A stretch of DNA of 64,000 nucleotides from NCBI GenBank assembly GCA_001871475.1, contig MNVE01000009.1:85120-149119 (forward strand). Direction: 5' to 3'. The position numbers were made by a program, and so were the translations under genes. Below, piece by piece: positions 33,968 through 42,951 of this stretch. This stretch comes from Candidatus Micrarchaeota archaeon CG1_02_47_40. Its GTDB lineage: Archaea > Micrarchaeota > Micrarchaeia > Anstonellales > CG1-02-47-40. The first letter of the stretch is position 1. Every line of letters starts with the position of its first letter. The notes below the pieces were generated by a model. The model was not told where the DNA came from, made no database searches, and worked only from the letters and a program-made list of their open reading frames with translations.

Positions 33968-34435
33968 ATGCGCGAGAGAACCCTTATTATATTAAAACCC
34001 GACTGCGTACTGCGCGGATTGTGCGGAAGGGTTTTGCAGAGGTTTGAGGCGCGCGGCTTGAAAGTGATTGCGATGAAAATGAGGCGCCTTGATGACGGGG
34101 TGCTTGATGAGCATTATTCGCACCTGAAGGAAAAAACTTTTTTTGGCGCTATAAAGGAGTTCATGAAAAGCGCGCCGGTTGTAATAGCGGTGCTGGAAGG
34201 CGCGGAGTGCGTGAAACTTGTGCGGGAGATGTGCGGGCCCACCAATGCAAGAAATGCGCCCTCCGGAACGATAAGGGGTGATTTTTCCACCTCAATGCAG
34301 TGCAACCTAATACACGCTTCTGATTCGCTTGAGACTGCGGAAAAAGAGATTGCGCGCTTCTTTTCAAAAGGGGAAATTTGCGATTACGAGCGCATAAATG
34401 AAGTGGCGCTTAACACGAAAGAGGAGAGAGCCTGA
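33968..34435 (+). CDS. ndk: Nucleoside diphosphate kinase
   Basis: ERTLIILKPDCV, RGLKVIAMK, GPTNARNAPSGTIRGDF, NLIHASDS (active-site His). Confidence 0.9.
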   Translation: MRERTLIILKPDCVLRGLCGRVLQRFEARGLKVIAMKMRRLDDGVLDEHYSHLKEKTFFGAIKEFMKSAPVVIAVLEGAECVKLVREMCGPTNARNAPSGTIRGDFSTSMQCNLIHASDSLETAEKEIARFFSKGEICDYERINEVALNTKEERA

Positions 34436-34472
34436 AGCGGATGGATAGGGCTTATGCCAAAGAGGAGATGAG

Positions 34473-34967
34473 TTGAGCGTCATTGAAGGGAAGGGAATCC
34501 GGAAAGAGGAGCTTGTTTCGGACTACTTGCATGATTTGCAGTTCCAGGGGGCTGGCGTTGATTTGAGCCTGAAGGAAGTGCGCGTGTTTGAGGGAAGCGG
34601 AAGGATTGATTTTGATAATTCAAAAAGGAAGATAAGCGAAAGCCGGAAGATGGAGTTTGGAAGCGACGGGAGCATCCATTTGAAGGCTGGCTGCTACAAA
34701 ATATTGTATAATGAGTATGTGAGAATACCTTCGGATTGCATCGCACTTGCCTTTCCGCGCTCTTCCCTTTTGCGCTGCGGGGCATTTTTGCAGTGCGCTG
34801 TCTGGGATCCGGGCTATGAGGGGAGGAGCGAGTCTCTGCTTGTGGTTGCGAATCAGCAGGGAATAACCTTTGAGAGGAATGCACGCGTTGTGCAGCTTGT
34901 TTTTTTCAGATTGGAAAGCAAAACCGCGAAAAAATACCGTGGAAAGTATCAGGGGGAGAATAAGTAG
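34473..34967 (+). CDS. dCTP deaminase/dUTPase-family protein (archaeal dUTPase-like); TTG start
   Basis: GAGVDLSLKEV..., IALAFPRSSLLRCGAF, VWDPGYEGRSESLLVV, VVQLVFF is the trimeric dUTPase-fold pattern. Confidence 0.65.
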   Translation: MSVIEGKGIRKEELVSDYLHDLQFQGAGVDLSLKEVRVFEGSGRIDFDNSKRKISESRKMEFGSDGSIHLKAGCYKILYNEYVRIPSDCIALAFPRSSLLRCGAFLQCAVWDPGYEGRSESLLVVANQQGITFERNARVVQLVFFRLESKTAKKYRGKYQGENK

Positions 34968-35020
34968 CGCCCGCGAAGTCTTTTTATTCTCTTAAAGAGA
35001 AACTCCTTCTGTGATTTCTT

Positions 35021-38000
35021 ATGCTGCGCCAGCCGATAGTTTGTGTATTGGGCCATGTTGACCACGGGAAATGCGTTGCTCCAGATACTGTCATTCAGCT
35101 AGGGGACGGAAGGCTTTTGCAAGCAAAAGAGCTGTATGAAGCTTATGCCGAAAAGGGAGCGAAGATGCAGATAGACGACGGAACTGTTGTAGAGTTGGAA
35201 GAGGGACCTGAAGTTTTTAGTTTTGATGGAAAGAAAATAGTAAGAAAAAGAGTATCGCATGTGTGGAAGAGAAACTCGCCAAAGAATATGACTAGGGTTG
35301 GGCTTGCAAGCGGTGACACGCTGACAGTAACTCCGGAGCATCCGTTCTACGCAGCGAGCGCGGAAGCGCCGCATGGATGGAAGCAGGCAGGCACGCTGAA
35401 AGAAGGCGATTTCGTCCTCGTTGCAGGAAAGTTGGAACTGCAAGAAGCGCCCATAAGCCGGCTGAAGGAAGAAATCGCAAAGAAATTGATGGTTGCTGAA
35501 TCCTTTGTTGTCTTTGTTGACAAGGAAAAGGGAGCCGAGTTTTTTAGAAAGATTTCTGATGCAAATTTAGATTCAATGAGAAAGAGGGAGCTATTCTCAA
35601 CAAATCCATATTGCTGTGTAAAGGAAAGCAGGTTCCGCGCAGTTGATTTTTTTAGGCTCTGCTCTTATCTTGGTTTTACGGCTGAATGCGCTTATGATAT
35701 GATAGGGCACATAAAGAATTCGTCTAGAAAATGGAGAGCAGGGCATACCAGCAACAAAATGCGCCTTCCTAGAGATGAAGCAGATTTTTCCGCCATGGCG
35801 TATGTTCTTGGATGTGTGCAGGGAGACGGATGTCTTTACTCGAAGAGGGTGATGCTTCATAACAATGATAGTGAGATACATGAAGAATATATGAAAGGAT
35901 TAAAGCAGGTGTTTGGACTGGATGCCAAGGTCGTGCAGAATCACACCTGCAAGACAGTCGTAAGCACCGGAGGCATGACGCTCGGCAGGTTTTTTATTGA
36001 AATTTTTGGGCTTCCATTCAAAAATAAGAGCGAATCGATAATCGTCCCTGATATGCTTTTACTGCGCAACGACACTACGGCTTCTTTCATAAGGGGATGG
36101 TTTGATACAGACGGTTATGTTTCTGAAATTAACAACTGCATAGAAATAACGAGCAAAAGCAAAAGAATGGTCAAAATGGCTGCGGCATGTCTTCTTAGAT
36201 TCGGCATACTTGGAGTTATTTATGAAAAAAATGGGTATTGGACTCTAAGAATAGCCAATGCGCCATATGTGAAAAAATTTCTTGAAAATATAGGTTCTAA
36301 CTTAAAATTCAAAAGAAACAGGATGATCGCAGTAATTCCAAAAACATCTACAAGCCGTGTTTTTGATATGTTACCGCTTGATGGCGCGCATCTGAAGGGG
36401 AATGTTTCGGTAAATGATTGTCAAGTGCCTTATGCAAGCAGGTATTTTGAGTACAGCTGCCTGTCCAGAGGCACGGTTATGAAGATGCTTGTATATGGCG
36501 CCTCTGAAAAAACAAAAACAGAAATGCGGGCTTTTACTGAAGAGAGTATCCGCTTCGTCAGAGTAAGGACTGTTAAGGCTGTTGAACCGGAATCTGAATT
36601 CGTATATGACTTTTCAGTCCCCCAAACAAAAAATTTCATAGCTGAAAGAACGGTTCTGCATAATACATCCTTGCTAGATGCCATAAGGAAAACCTCCCTT
36701 GCAAAAAAAGAGGCGGGCTTGATTACACAGCACATAGGCGCAAGCGAGGTGCCGAGGGATGCGATTGGGGAGGTGTGCGGCGACGCGCTTACACGGATGA
36801 AAATAAAGCTTGAGATTCCGGGAATTCTTTTTATTGACACGCCAGGGCATGCGGCATTCTCAAACCTGCGCGAGCGGGGGGGAAGCATCGCGGACATTGC
36901 GGTGCTTGTCATTGACATAAATCAGGGCTTTCAGCCCCAGACGATTGAGAGCATAGGGATACTGAAAGGGTTCAAAACGCCCTTCATAATTGCCGCAAAC
37001 AAGGTGGATGTGATTGACGGATGGAAGGGCGGTTCGGGAAATTGCATTGCGCAAAGCATCAAAAGGCAGAATGAGCGAGTGCAGGCAAGGTTGGATGAGC
37101 TTCTTTACACTCTTGTGGGAAGAATGGGGGAGCTTGGAATGAATGCGGAGCGCTTTGACAGGGTAACAGATTTCACAAAACAGATTGCGCTCGTGCCCGT
37201 TTCCGCAAAAACAGGCGAGGGGGTGCTTGAGCTTCTTCTTTTCTTGGCAGGGCTTTCGCAGAAATTCCTTGAAAGCGGGCTTGACGCAAAAGAGGACAGC
37301 CCTGCGCGCGGAAGCATTTTAGAGGTTAGGGAGGAGCGCGGGCTGGGGACGATAATAGATGCGATAATTTACGAGGGGATGCTGAAGCAGAATGATACAA
37401 TTGTGTTTGGCACCATAAACGGCGCGGAAAAAACAAAGGTGCGCTCCATCATAAAGCCAAAGCCTGCCTCAAAAATAGTGAATCCACAGGAAAAATATGA
37501 TTATCCGAAAGAAGCGGTTGCCGCGTGCGGGGTAAGGATATTCGCACCTGGGCTTGAGGATGCGCTTTCCGGCTCTCCTTTTGCAATCGCAAACACGCCC
37601 GAAGAGCAGACCGCACAGTCTGAAGTAATAGAAGGGCAGATAAAAAAAGTGGTGTTTGAAAAAAGCGAGCACGGGGTTGTGGCAAAGGCGGAGAGCTTAG
37701 GCTCGCTTGAAGCAATGCTCAACCTGCTTGAGGTGGAAAAAATACCCGTAAGAAAATCCGGGATTGGGGAGATTTCAAAAAAGGATGCGCTTGAGGCAAG
37801 GCGCTCCGGGGGGGAGGATGCGGCGCTTTCTGCCGTATTCGGATTTGGAGTGAAAGCCAGCAAGGAAGCTGAAGAGGAGGAGGCGGCAGGAGGAGTGAAA
37901 ATACTTGCAAATGAAGTTATTTACTCCCTTATTGAAGATTATAAGAAATGGGTTTGCTCCTGCCGCGAGCGCGAGAAATGCGAGCTTCTCTCCTCGCACG

Positions 38001-38380
38001 TCTACCCCGTTAAGCTCAAAATACTGCCCGGCTGCTGCTTTAGGAAAAGCAACCCCGCCATTTTCGGAGTGGATGTGCTTGCCGGAAAGCTTCTTGTAAA
38101 ATGCCCGCTTATGAACAGCAGGGGAAAGGAAATAGGAGAGGTGAAGGGGATACAAAATAAAAATGAAGCAGCCCAGTCGGCAGAAAAAGGGGAGCAGGTG
38201 GCAATCTCCATTGAAGGAGCGGCTTTTGGGAAGGATATTGGGGAAGGGGATGTACTTTATGCGCACCTGACTGAAAGGGAATGGGGGGAAATTTCAAAAA
38301 AATGCCGCTGTGCGCTTGGCAAGGAAGAAGAAAAACTGCTTGGGGAAATATTGGGTATTACCTCCACTTCGCATTTTTGA
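35021..38380 (+). CDS. infB: Translation initiation factor aIF5B (IF-2), interrupted by an intein in the P-loop
   Basis: Exteins: MLRQPIVCVLGHVDHGK / TSLLDAIRKT...QHIGASEV...FIDTPGHAAF...AANKVD. Confidence 0.9.
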   Translation: MLRQPIVCVLGHVDHGKCVAPDTVIQLGDGRLLQAKELYEAYAEKGAKMQIDDGTVVELEEGPEVFSFDGKKIVRKRVSHVWKRNSPKNMTRVGLASGDTLTVTPEHPFYAASAEAPHGWKQAGTLKEGDFVLVAGKLELQEAPISRLKEEIAKKLMVAESFVVFVDKEKGAEFFRKISDANLDSMRKRELFSTNPYCCVKESRFRAVDFFRLCSYLGFTAECAYDMIGHIKNSSRKWRAGHTSNKMRLPRDEADFSAMAYVLGCVQGDGCLYSKRVMLHNNDSEIHEEYMKGLKQVFGLDAKVVQNHTCKTVVSTGGMTLGRFFIEIFGLPFKNKSESIIVPDMLLLRNDTTASFIRGWFDTDGYVSEINNCIEITSKSKRMVKMAAACLLRFGILGVIYEKNGYWTLRIANAPYVKKFLENIGSNLKFKRNRMIAVIPKTSTSRVFDMLPLDGAHLKGNVSVNDCQVPYASRYFEYSCLSRGTVMKMLVYGASEKTKTEMRAFTEESIRFVRVRTVKAVEPESEFVYDFSVPQTKNFIAERTVLHNTSLLDAIRKTSLAKKEAGLITQHIGASEVPRDAIGEVCGDALTRMKIKLEIPGILFIDTPGHAAFSNLRERGGSIADIAVLVIDINQGFQPQTIESIGILKGFKTPFIIAANKVDVIDGWKGGSGNCIAQSIKRQNERVQARLDELLYTLVGRMGELGMNAERFDRVTDFTKQIALVPVSAKTGEGVLELLLFLAGLSQKFLESGLDAKEDSPARGSILEVREERGLGTIIDAIIYEGMLKQNDTIVFGTINGAEKTKVRSIIKPKPASKIVNPQEKYDYPKEAVAACGVRIFAPGLEDALSGSPFAIANTPEEQTAQSEVIEGQIKKVVFEKSEHGVVAKAESLGSLEAMLNLLEVEKIPVRKSGIGEISKKDALEARRSGGEDAALSAVFGFGVKASKEAEEEEAAGGVKILANEVIYSLIEDYKKWVCSCREREKCELLSSHVYPVKLKILPGCCFRKSNPAIFGVDVLAGKLLVKCPLMNSRGKEIGEVKGIQNKNEAAQSAEKGEQVAISIEGAAFGKDIGEGDVLYAHLTEREWGEISKKCRCALGKEEEKLLGEILGITSTSHF
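35072..36664 (+). mobile_element. Intein (531 aa) with a LAGLIDADG homing endonuclease, inserted at GHVDHGK/T
   Basis: Starts at Cys (CVAPDTVIQLGDG) and ends VLHN, followed by Thr +1. DOD motifs YVLGCVQGDGCLY and FIRGWFDTDGYV. Boundaries were checked codon by codon on the DNA. Confidence 0.85.
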
Positions 38381-38385
38381 GATGA

Positions 38386-39441
38386 ATGAAAATATGTGAA
38401 CGGTTTGAGTTGAGAAAAATGGCACGTGAAATGGAAAATCTTGAGTATGCGCGCGTATGCGGTGAACTGCAGGGAATGATTGGCGCGCATATTGAAAATA
38501 TCTACCAGCTTGACGAGGAGAATTTCCGCTTCAAAATAGGGAGCAGGGAGATTGCATGCACAGTTGGCGTGAGACTGCACGAAACTAAATATGTTCCAAA
38601 GGAAACCGGAAGGATTACGAATTTCGTTGAGTTTTTGCGCTCAAGGATAAGGGGGGGCAGGGTGCTTGGGATAGCGCAGATGAATAATGACAGGATAGTG
38701 AGGATGGGAATTGGAGTAGGGGAATTGGAGTATTTTCTTGTGTTTGAAATGTTTGGCGGGGGGAACATTATTTTGCTCGATGGGAATAATGTGATACTGC
38801 GCGCCCTTGTGCAGAGGAAATGGAAGGAGAGGGAGATTTTCCCGAAAAGGGAATATGCCCTGCCTCCTGCGCCTGTGCTTTCCCTTTCCCCTTCTCTCTC
38901 CGAGATGAAGGATATACACGAAAAAAAATACGCGATTGCTGTTTTCTCAAGAATACCCCTTGGATTGAATTATATGCGCGAGGCGCTTAGGCGTGCGGGA
39001 GTTGGAGAAAGAGAGAATTATTCGGAGGTAGGGGAAGGGAAGGTAAAGAAGGTGCTTTTGGAAGTTGAGAGAATAAGAGGGGAGAATGTCCCTTCATTGT
39101 ACTCTGATGAAAATGGAAAGATTGTGCAGTTTGCATGCGCGAAGCTTGCATGCCCTGCGGGAGTTAAGGTAATGGAGGCAAAAACCCTTTGCGAGGCTGC
39201 TGATGAATATTACTTTGGAAATGTGGAAAGTGTGGATGAGAAGGGCGCGAAAAGGGAAGGGGAAATTGAGAAAGTAAAAGAAAGGATAGGATTACAGGAA
39301 GAGCAGGCGCTCCATCTTGAAAAAGAGTATAAAATGAACATGGAATGCGCAAAGGGAATTTATGATAATTTTGAGGCTGTTGAAGAGGAGATAAAAAAGG
39401 CAAGGAAAAGGGGGGAGAGGAAGGCGGAGGTTGAGGTATAG
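38386..39441 (+). CDS. NFACT (Rqc2/FbpA-like) N-terminal domain protein, short form
   Basis: LQGMIGAHIENIYQLDEENFRFKI...RLHETKYVP...NFVEFLRSRIRGGRVLGIAQMNNDRIVRMGI...LVFEMFGGGNIILLD resembles the NFACT-N layout. Confidence 0.5.
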   Translation: MKICERFELRKMAREMENLEYARVCGELQGMIGAHIENIYQLDEENFRFKIGSREIACTVGVRLHETKYVPKETGRITNFVEFLRSRIRGGRVLGIAQMNNDRIVRMGIGVGELEYFLVFEMFGGGNIILLDGNNVILRALVQRKWKEREIFPKREYALPPAPVLSLSPSLSEMKDIHEKKYAIAVFSRIPLGLNYMREALRRAGVGERENYSEVGEGKVKKVLLEVERIRGENVPSLYSDENGKIVQFACAKLACPAGVKVMEAKTLCEAADEYYFGNVESVDEKGAKREGEIEKVKERIGLQEEQALHLEKEYKMNMECAKGIYDNFEAVEEEIKKARKRGERKAEVEV

Positions 39442-39861
39442 TTAAAGCTCCCCTTCGCTCCATACATAATCCGCCAAAATCTTTTCAGCCCGCTTGTTCC
39501 TGTCAGTCACTATTGAGTAGAAGTGGTATTTCTTTCCCTTCGTAATCAGGGAAACGTTTTTCAGCTCTATCCCTTCCTTTTTGAGAAGTTCGGCAGCCTT
39601 TGACCATTCGCCGGGCTTATCTTCTATCCTAAGCACTAAGTTGTCATGGGAGAGCACTTTATATCCGTTGGCTGAAAGCACCTTTTCCGCCTTCTCCTCG
39701 TTTTTCACGAAGATGCGCACTATGGACTTGGTGCCCACTACCTCAACGCTGACGTTCTCCATGTTTATCTTTGCCTTTCCAAGGAGGTACGAAATGTCAG
39801 CAAGCAGGCCCCTTTTGTCTTCTGCCACAACCACTATGTGCCTCATGCCCTCCACCTCCAA
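39442..39861 (-). CDS. Tandem ACT domain protein
   Basis: MRHIVVVAEDKRGLLADISYLLGKAKINMENVSVE... plus a second beta-alpha-beta-beta-alpha-beta unit, LVLRIEDKPGEWSKAAELLKKEGIEL. Confidence 0.6.
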   Translation of the reverse strand: MEVEGMRHIVVVAEDKRGLLADISYLLGKAKINMENVSVEVVGTKSIVRIFVKNEEKAEKVLSANGYKVLSHDNLVLRIEDKPGEWSKAAELLKKEGIELKNVSLITKGKKYHFYSIVTDRNKRAEKILADYVWSEGEL

Positions 39862-39912
39862 AATTTATTCTTTCCAGTGTGCCGGCTAAAACAAGCGCAA
39901 CGCACCGCTTTG

Positions 39913-40743
39913 TCATTTCACAAGCGCACTTTTAAACAGTTTTGACAAATGAGTGAGTTTTTTGAATACTTTCCCGCTGCCTTTTGCTATTAGCTTGGTG
40001 TATGCGCTCCCTATTATCACGCCAAACGCCCCGGAGTGCGAAAGCGATTTCACCTGCGAGGGAGCGGAGATGCCAAACCCCACAAGTATTGGCTTTCCTG
40101 CTGGCCGTACTGCTTTTCTTATTGCCTCCGCAAGCTCCCTTGGAAGCTCCCTTCTCGTGCCAGTCACTCCAAAAACTGAAACTAAGTATAGAAAGCCCGT
40201 TGTCCTTGCAGCTATCTTCGCTATCTTTCGCGCAGGAGTGTTCAGTGCAACAGTATAGACTGTTTTTATCCCGTATTTTCTGCAGGCGCGCTCAAACTCC
40301 CCTCCCTCGCCGATATTCAAATCTGCCGCAAGTATCGCATCAACCCCTGCCTTTTTTGACTCATGCACAAAAGTTTCAACGCCTAAAGAAAGAAGCTTAT
40401 TGTAATAAGTAAGGATGACTATGGGAATTTCAGGGTGTTTCTTGCGTATTTTTGCAATCTCTGCAAAGCACTTTTTTGTTGTGGCGCCAGTTTTTATTGC
40501 AGTGCTTGAGGCAAGCTGTATTGCAGGCCCGTCTGAAAGCGGGTCGGAGAAGGGAATGCCTACTTCTAAAATGTCTGTTCCTCCTTCCACAAGCGCATCC
40601 GCAACTTTTTCTGAAGCGGAAAGGGAAGGATAACCGATTGTGAAGAAGGAGGTAAGGGTGCCCTTTCTTTTCAGCGCGTGCGCAAGCCTATTGCCCATGT
40701 TTCTTCCTCCTGTTCTCCTTTGCCCCTTCTGCTTAATACCCAT
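39913..40743 (-). CDS. trpA: Tryptophan synthase alpha chain (alternative start at Met16, position 40698)
   Basis: [44 protein letters not shown]. Confidence 0.85.
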   Translation of the reverse strand: MGIKQKGQRRTGGRNMGNRLAHALKRKGTLTSFFTIGYPSLSASEKVADALVEGGTDILEVGIPFSDPLSDGPAIQLASSTAIKTGATTKKCFAEIAKIRKKHPEIPIVILTYYNKLLSLGVETFVHESKKAGVDAILAADLNIGEGGEFERACRKYGIKTVYTVALNTPARKIAKIAARTTGFLYLVSVFGVTGTRRELPRELAEAIRKAVRPAGKPILVGFGISAPSQVKSLSHSGAFGVIIGSAYTKLIAKGSGKVFKKLTHLSKLFKSALVK

Positions 40744-41932
40744 AACGCTTCCCCCTGTTCTCCTGATAGATTCCCAAATCCTTGTCCCCTCTGCCTGAAA
40801 GGCATATCACTACTGTTTTTCCCCTGAATTTTTCCTTTTCTTTTAAGAGGTATGCAAGCGCATGCGCTGATTCCATCGCAGGTATTATTCCCTCTTTCCT
40901 TGAGAGAAACTCAAATGCTTCCAGTGCCTCCAAATCGCCTGCATGGGCGTATTTCACCCTTCCGCTTTCCTTTAGGTATGAATGCTCCGGCCCTACTCCG
41001 GGATAATCAAGGCCTGCGGAAATTGAATGCACATCTGATACCTGCCCGTCAGGGGTTTGCAGAAGGTAGCTTTTCGTTCCGTGAAGGACGCCTATCCTGC
41101 CCTTTGAAAGGGTGGCGCAGTGCCTTTTATTCAATCCCTCTCCACCGGCTTCAACACCAATCAATTTCACTTTTGCATTCCCGAGAAAATCATAGAATAT
41201 GCCTATTGAGTTGCTTCCTCCTCCCACGCAGGCGATTATGCAGTCCGCGCTTATGCCGGCTTTAAGCAGCTGTCTTTTCGCCTCCTTTCCAATCACCCTC
41301 TGAAACTCCCTTACGATTTTTGGGTATGGGTGCGGACCTATTGCGGAGCCAAGGCAATAGTAAGTAGTGTTTACATTTGCAATCCAGTCGCGCAGCGCCT
41401 CGCTTGCGGCGTCTTTGAGTGTTTTCTGCCCCGCATAGACAGGCACAACGCGCGCTCCAAACAGCTCCATCCTCAAAACATTGTGCTTCTGCCTTTCAAT
41501 ATCCACTTCTCCCATGTACACTTCGCATTCCAATCCGAGCTTTGCACATGAGGCGGCAGTTGCCACTCCGTGCTGCCCCGCTCCTGTTTCCGCAATCACC
41601 CTCTTTTTTCCCATGTGTTTTGCAAGCAGGCACTGCCCAAGCGTGTTGTTCAGCTTGTGCGCGCCGGTGTGCACCATGTCCTCGCGCTTTAAGTATACTT
41701 TTGCGCCGGCGTATTTTGAGAGGTTGGCAGCAAAGTAAAGGGGGGTGGGCCTTCCTGCAAAATCTTTTAGAAGAAAAGAAAGCTCGCGTTTAAACACAGT
41801 GGTTTTGGAAATTCTCCGGTAAGCTTCCTCAAGCTCGCTTAATGCGGGAATGAGCACTTCGGGTACGAATTTCCCCCCGAATTCCCCAAAATACCCTTTT
41901 TTATTAGGCAATTTTTTCATAGTGAAAACCAA
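40733..41932 (-). CDS. trpB: Tryptophan synthase beta chain
   Basis: [29 protein letters not shown] (PLP Lys), [16 protein letters not shown]. Confidence 0.9.
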   Translation of the reverse strand: MVFTMKKLPNKKGYFGEFGGKFVPEVLIPALSELEEAYRRISKTTVFKRELSFLLKDFAGRPTPLYFAANLSKYAGAKVYLKREDMVHTGAHKLNNTLGQCLLAKHMGKKRVIAETGAGQHGVATAASCAKLGLECEVYMGEVDIERQKHNVLRMELFGARVVPVYAGQKTLKDAASEALRDWIANVNTTYYCLGSAIGPHPYPKIVREFQRVIGKEAKRQLLKAGISADCIIACVGGGSNSIGIFYDFLGNAKVKLIGVEAGGEGLNKRHCATLSKGRIGVLHGTKSYLLQTPDGQVSDVHSISAGLDYPGVGPEHSYLKESGRVKYAHAGDLEALEAFEFLSRKEGIIPAMESAHALAYLLKEKEKFRGKTVVICLSGRGDKDLGIYQENRGKRYGY

Positions 41933-41938
41933 TATGGC

Positions 41939-42244
41939 TTATGGCGAAAATCTGTATATCTGAAGGTGCGGCACGCCGCCTATATGCATCACGTTTTCTT
42001 CGGATGCAAATCCTTTCTCCAGCGCTATTTTTATGCATCGCTCCCCCACGAGGTTTGCGGAATCGGCATTTAGGAGCGCATCGGCTATAAGGGCGGCGTC
42101 TTGGGTTTTTTCCCCCTTGTAAAACCCAGCGTATTTTTTCAAATCAAGCTTCATTCCGTTTCCAAAGAGTACTCTTCCCAAAAGCTCGCAATCGCATACC
42201 GCAACCGTTTTTTTTCCATCTTTCCCGTGAATTTTCAAATACAT
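41939..42244 (-). CDS. DUF424-like conserved archaeal protein
   Basis: MYLKIHGKDGKKTVAVCDCELLGRVL...NLVGERCIKIALEKGF...HIGGVPHLQIY is a typical DUF424 pattern. Confidence 0.6.
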   Translation of the reverse strand: MYLKIHGKDGKKTVAVCDCELLGRVLFGNGMKLDLKKYAGFYKGEKTQDAALIADALLNADSANLVGERCIKIALEKGFASEENVMHIGGVPHLQIYRFSP

Positions 42245-42306
42245 CGCAATACCTGAAAAAAATTCCGCACGAAACTAATATATACACTCCTGCACTAAGC
42301 TTTGCA

Positions 42307-42603
42307 ATGGCAAAGAGCAGTTTGATGCAAAAAGAAGGGAAGAGGTTTGCGGAGTTGGAAACGGAAGAGAATAAGAAAGGATTCGCGGAATTGAAAACAG
42401 AAGAGAATAAGAGAAGGGAACGATTCGCGGAATTGGAAAATGCCATAGCTGGAATTGAAAAGCTTGGAAATGCGCTGGCGCAAAAGGAAAAGCAAACGTC
42501 GGGAGGGCAGGAAAAGCAGGGCAGTGCAGGTGCTGTTTATAAGAAGGCGATAGAGGAAATGGGCGCGCTTGAAAAGAAATTAATAAAGGAAAAGACTGTT
42601 TAG
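42307..42603 (+). CDS. Hypothetical coiled-coil protein with 12-aa (36-nt) tandem repeats
   Basis: RFAELETEENKKG / FAELKTEENKRRE / RFAELENA. A TATA-like aatatatac lies upstream. Alternative antisense ORFs look spurious. Confidence 0.4.
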   Translation: MAKSSLMQKEGKRFAELETEENKKGFAELKTEENKRRERFAELENAIAGIEKLGNALAQKEKQTSGGQEKQGSAGAVYKKAIEEMGALEKKLIKEKTV

Positions 42604-42628
42604 AGTTAGATAAGAAAGCCAAGATTAA

Positions 42629-42943
42629 TCACGAAAATCTTGTCCCGCAGGCAGGGCAGGAGAGCATGTAATAATCCGCTTCATAGCGGCAGATGGGGCA
42701 GACAAAGCGCGTGCGCCGCAGAGCGCGCACCTCAAAATCATACTCGCATTTTTTGCATTTTTTCGCGCCCCACTCGTTTGCCTCCTCGCATTTTGGGCAT
42801 TTTATCCGGAACATGGAAGAGAGGCGCGTGCCGCATTTCGGGCAGCGCTCCATTTCAGAGGTTATGGCTGCCTGGCAGTTTTGGCATTTTAGCTGAAAGC
42901 CCCCTTCTTTCTTCTTTCCTGAAAATAGCTCAAGGATGCCCAT
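42629..42943 (-). CDS. Multi-zinc-ribbon protein
   Basis: Six CxxC pairs: CQNC...CPKC, CPKC...CKKC, CPIC...CPAC. Confidence 0.65.
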   Translation of the reverse strand: MGILELFSGKKKEGGFQLKCQNCQAAITSEMERCPKCGTRLSSMFRIKCPKCEEANEWGAKKCKKCEYDFEVRALRRTRFVCPICRYEADYYMLSCPACGTRFS

Positions 42944-42951
42944 GGCATCAC

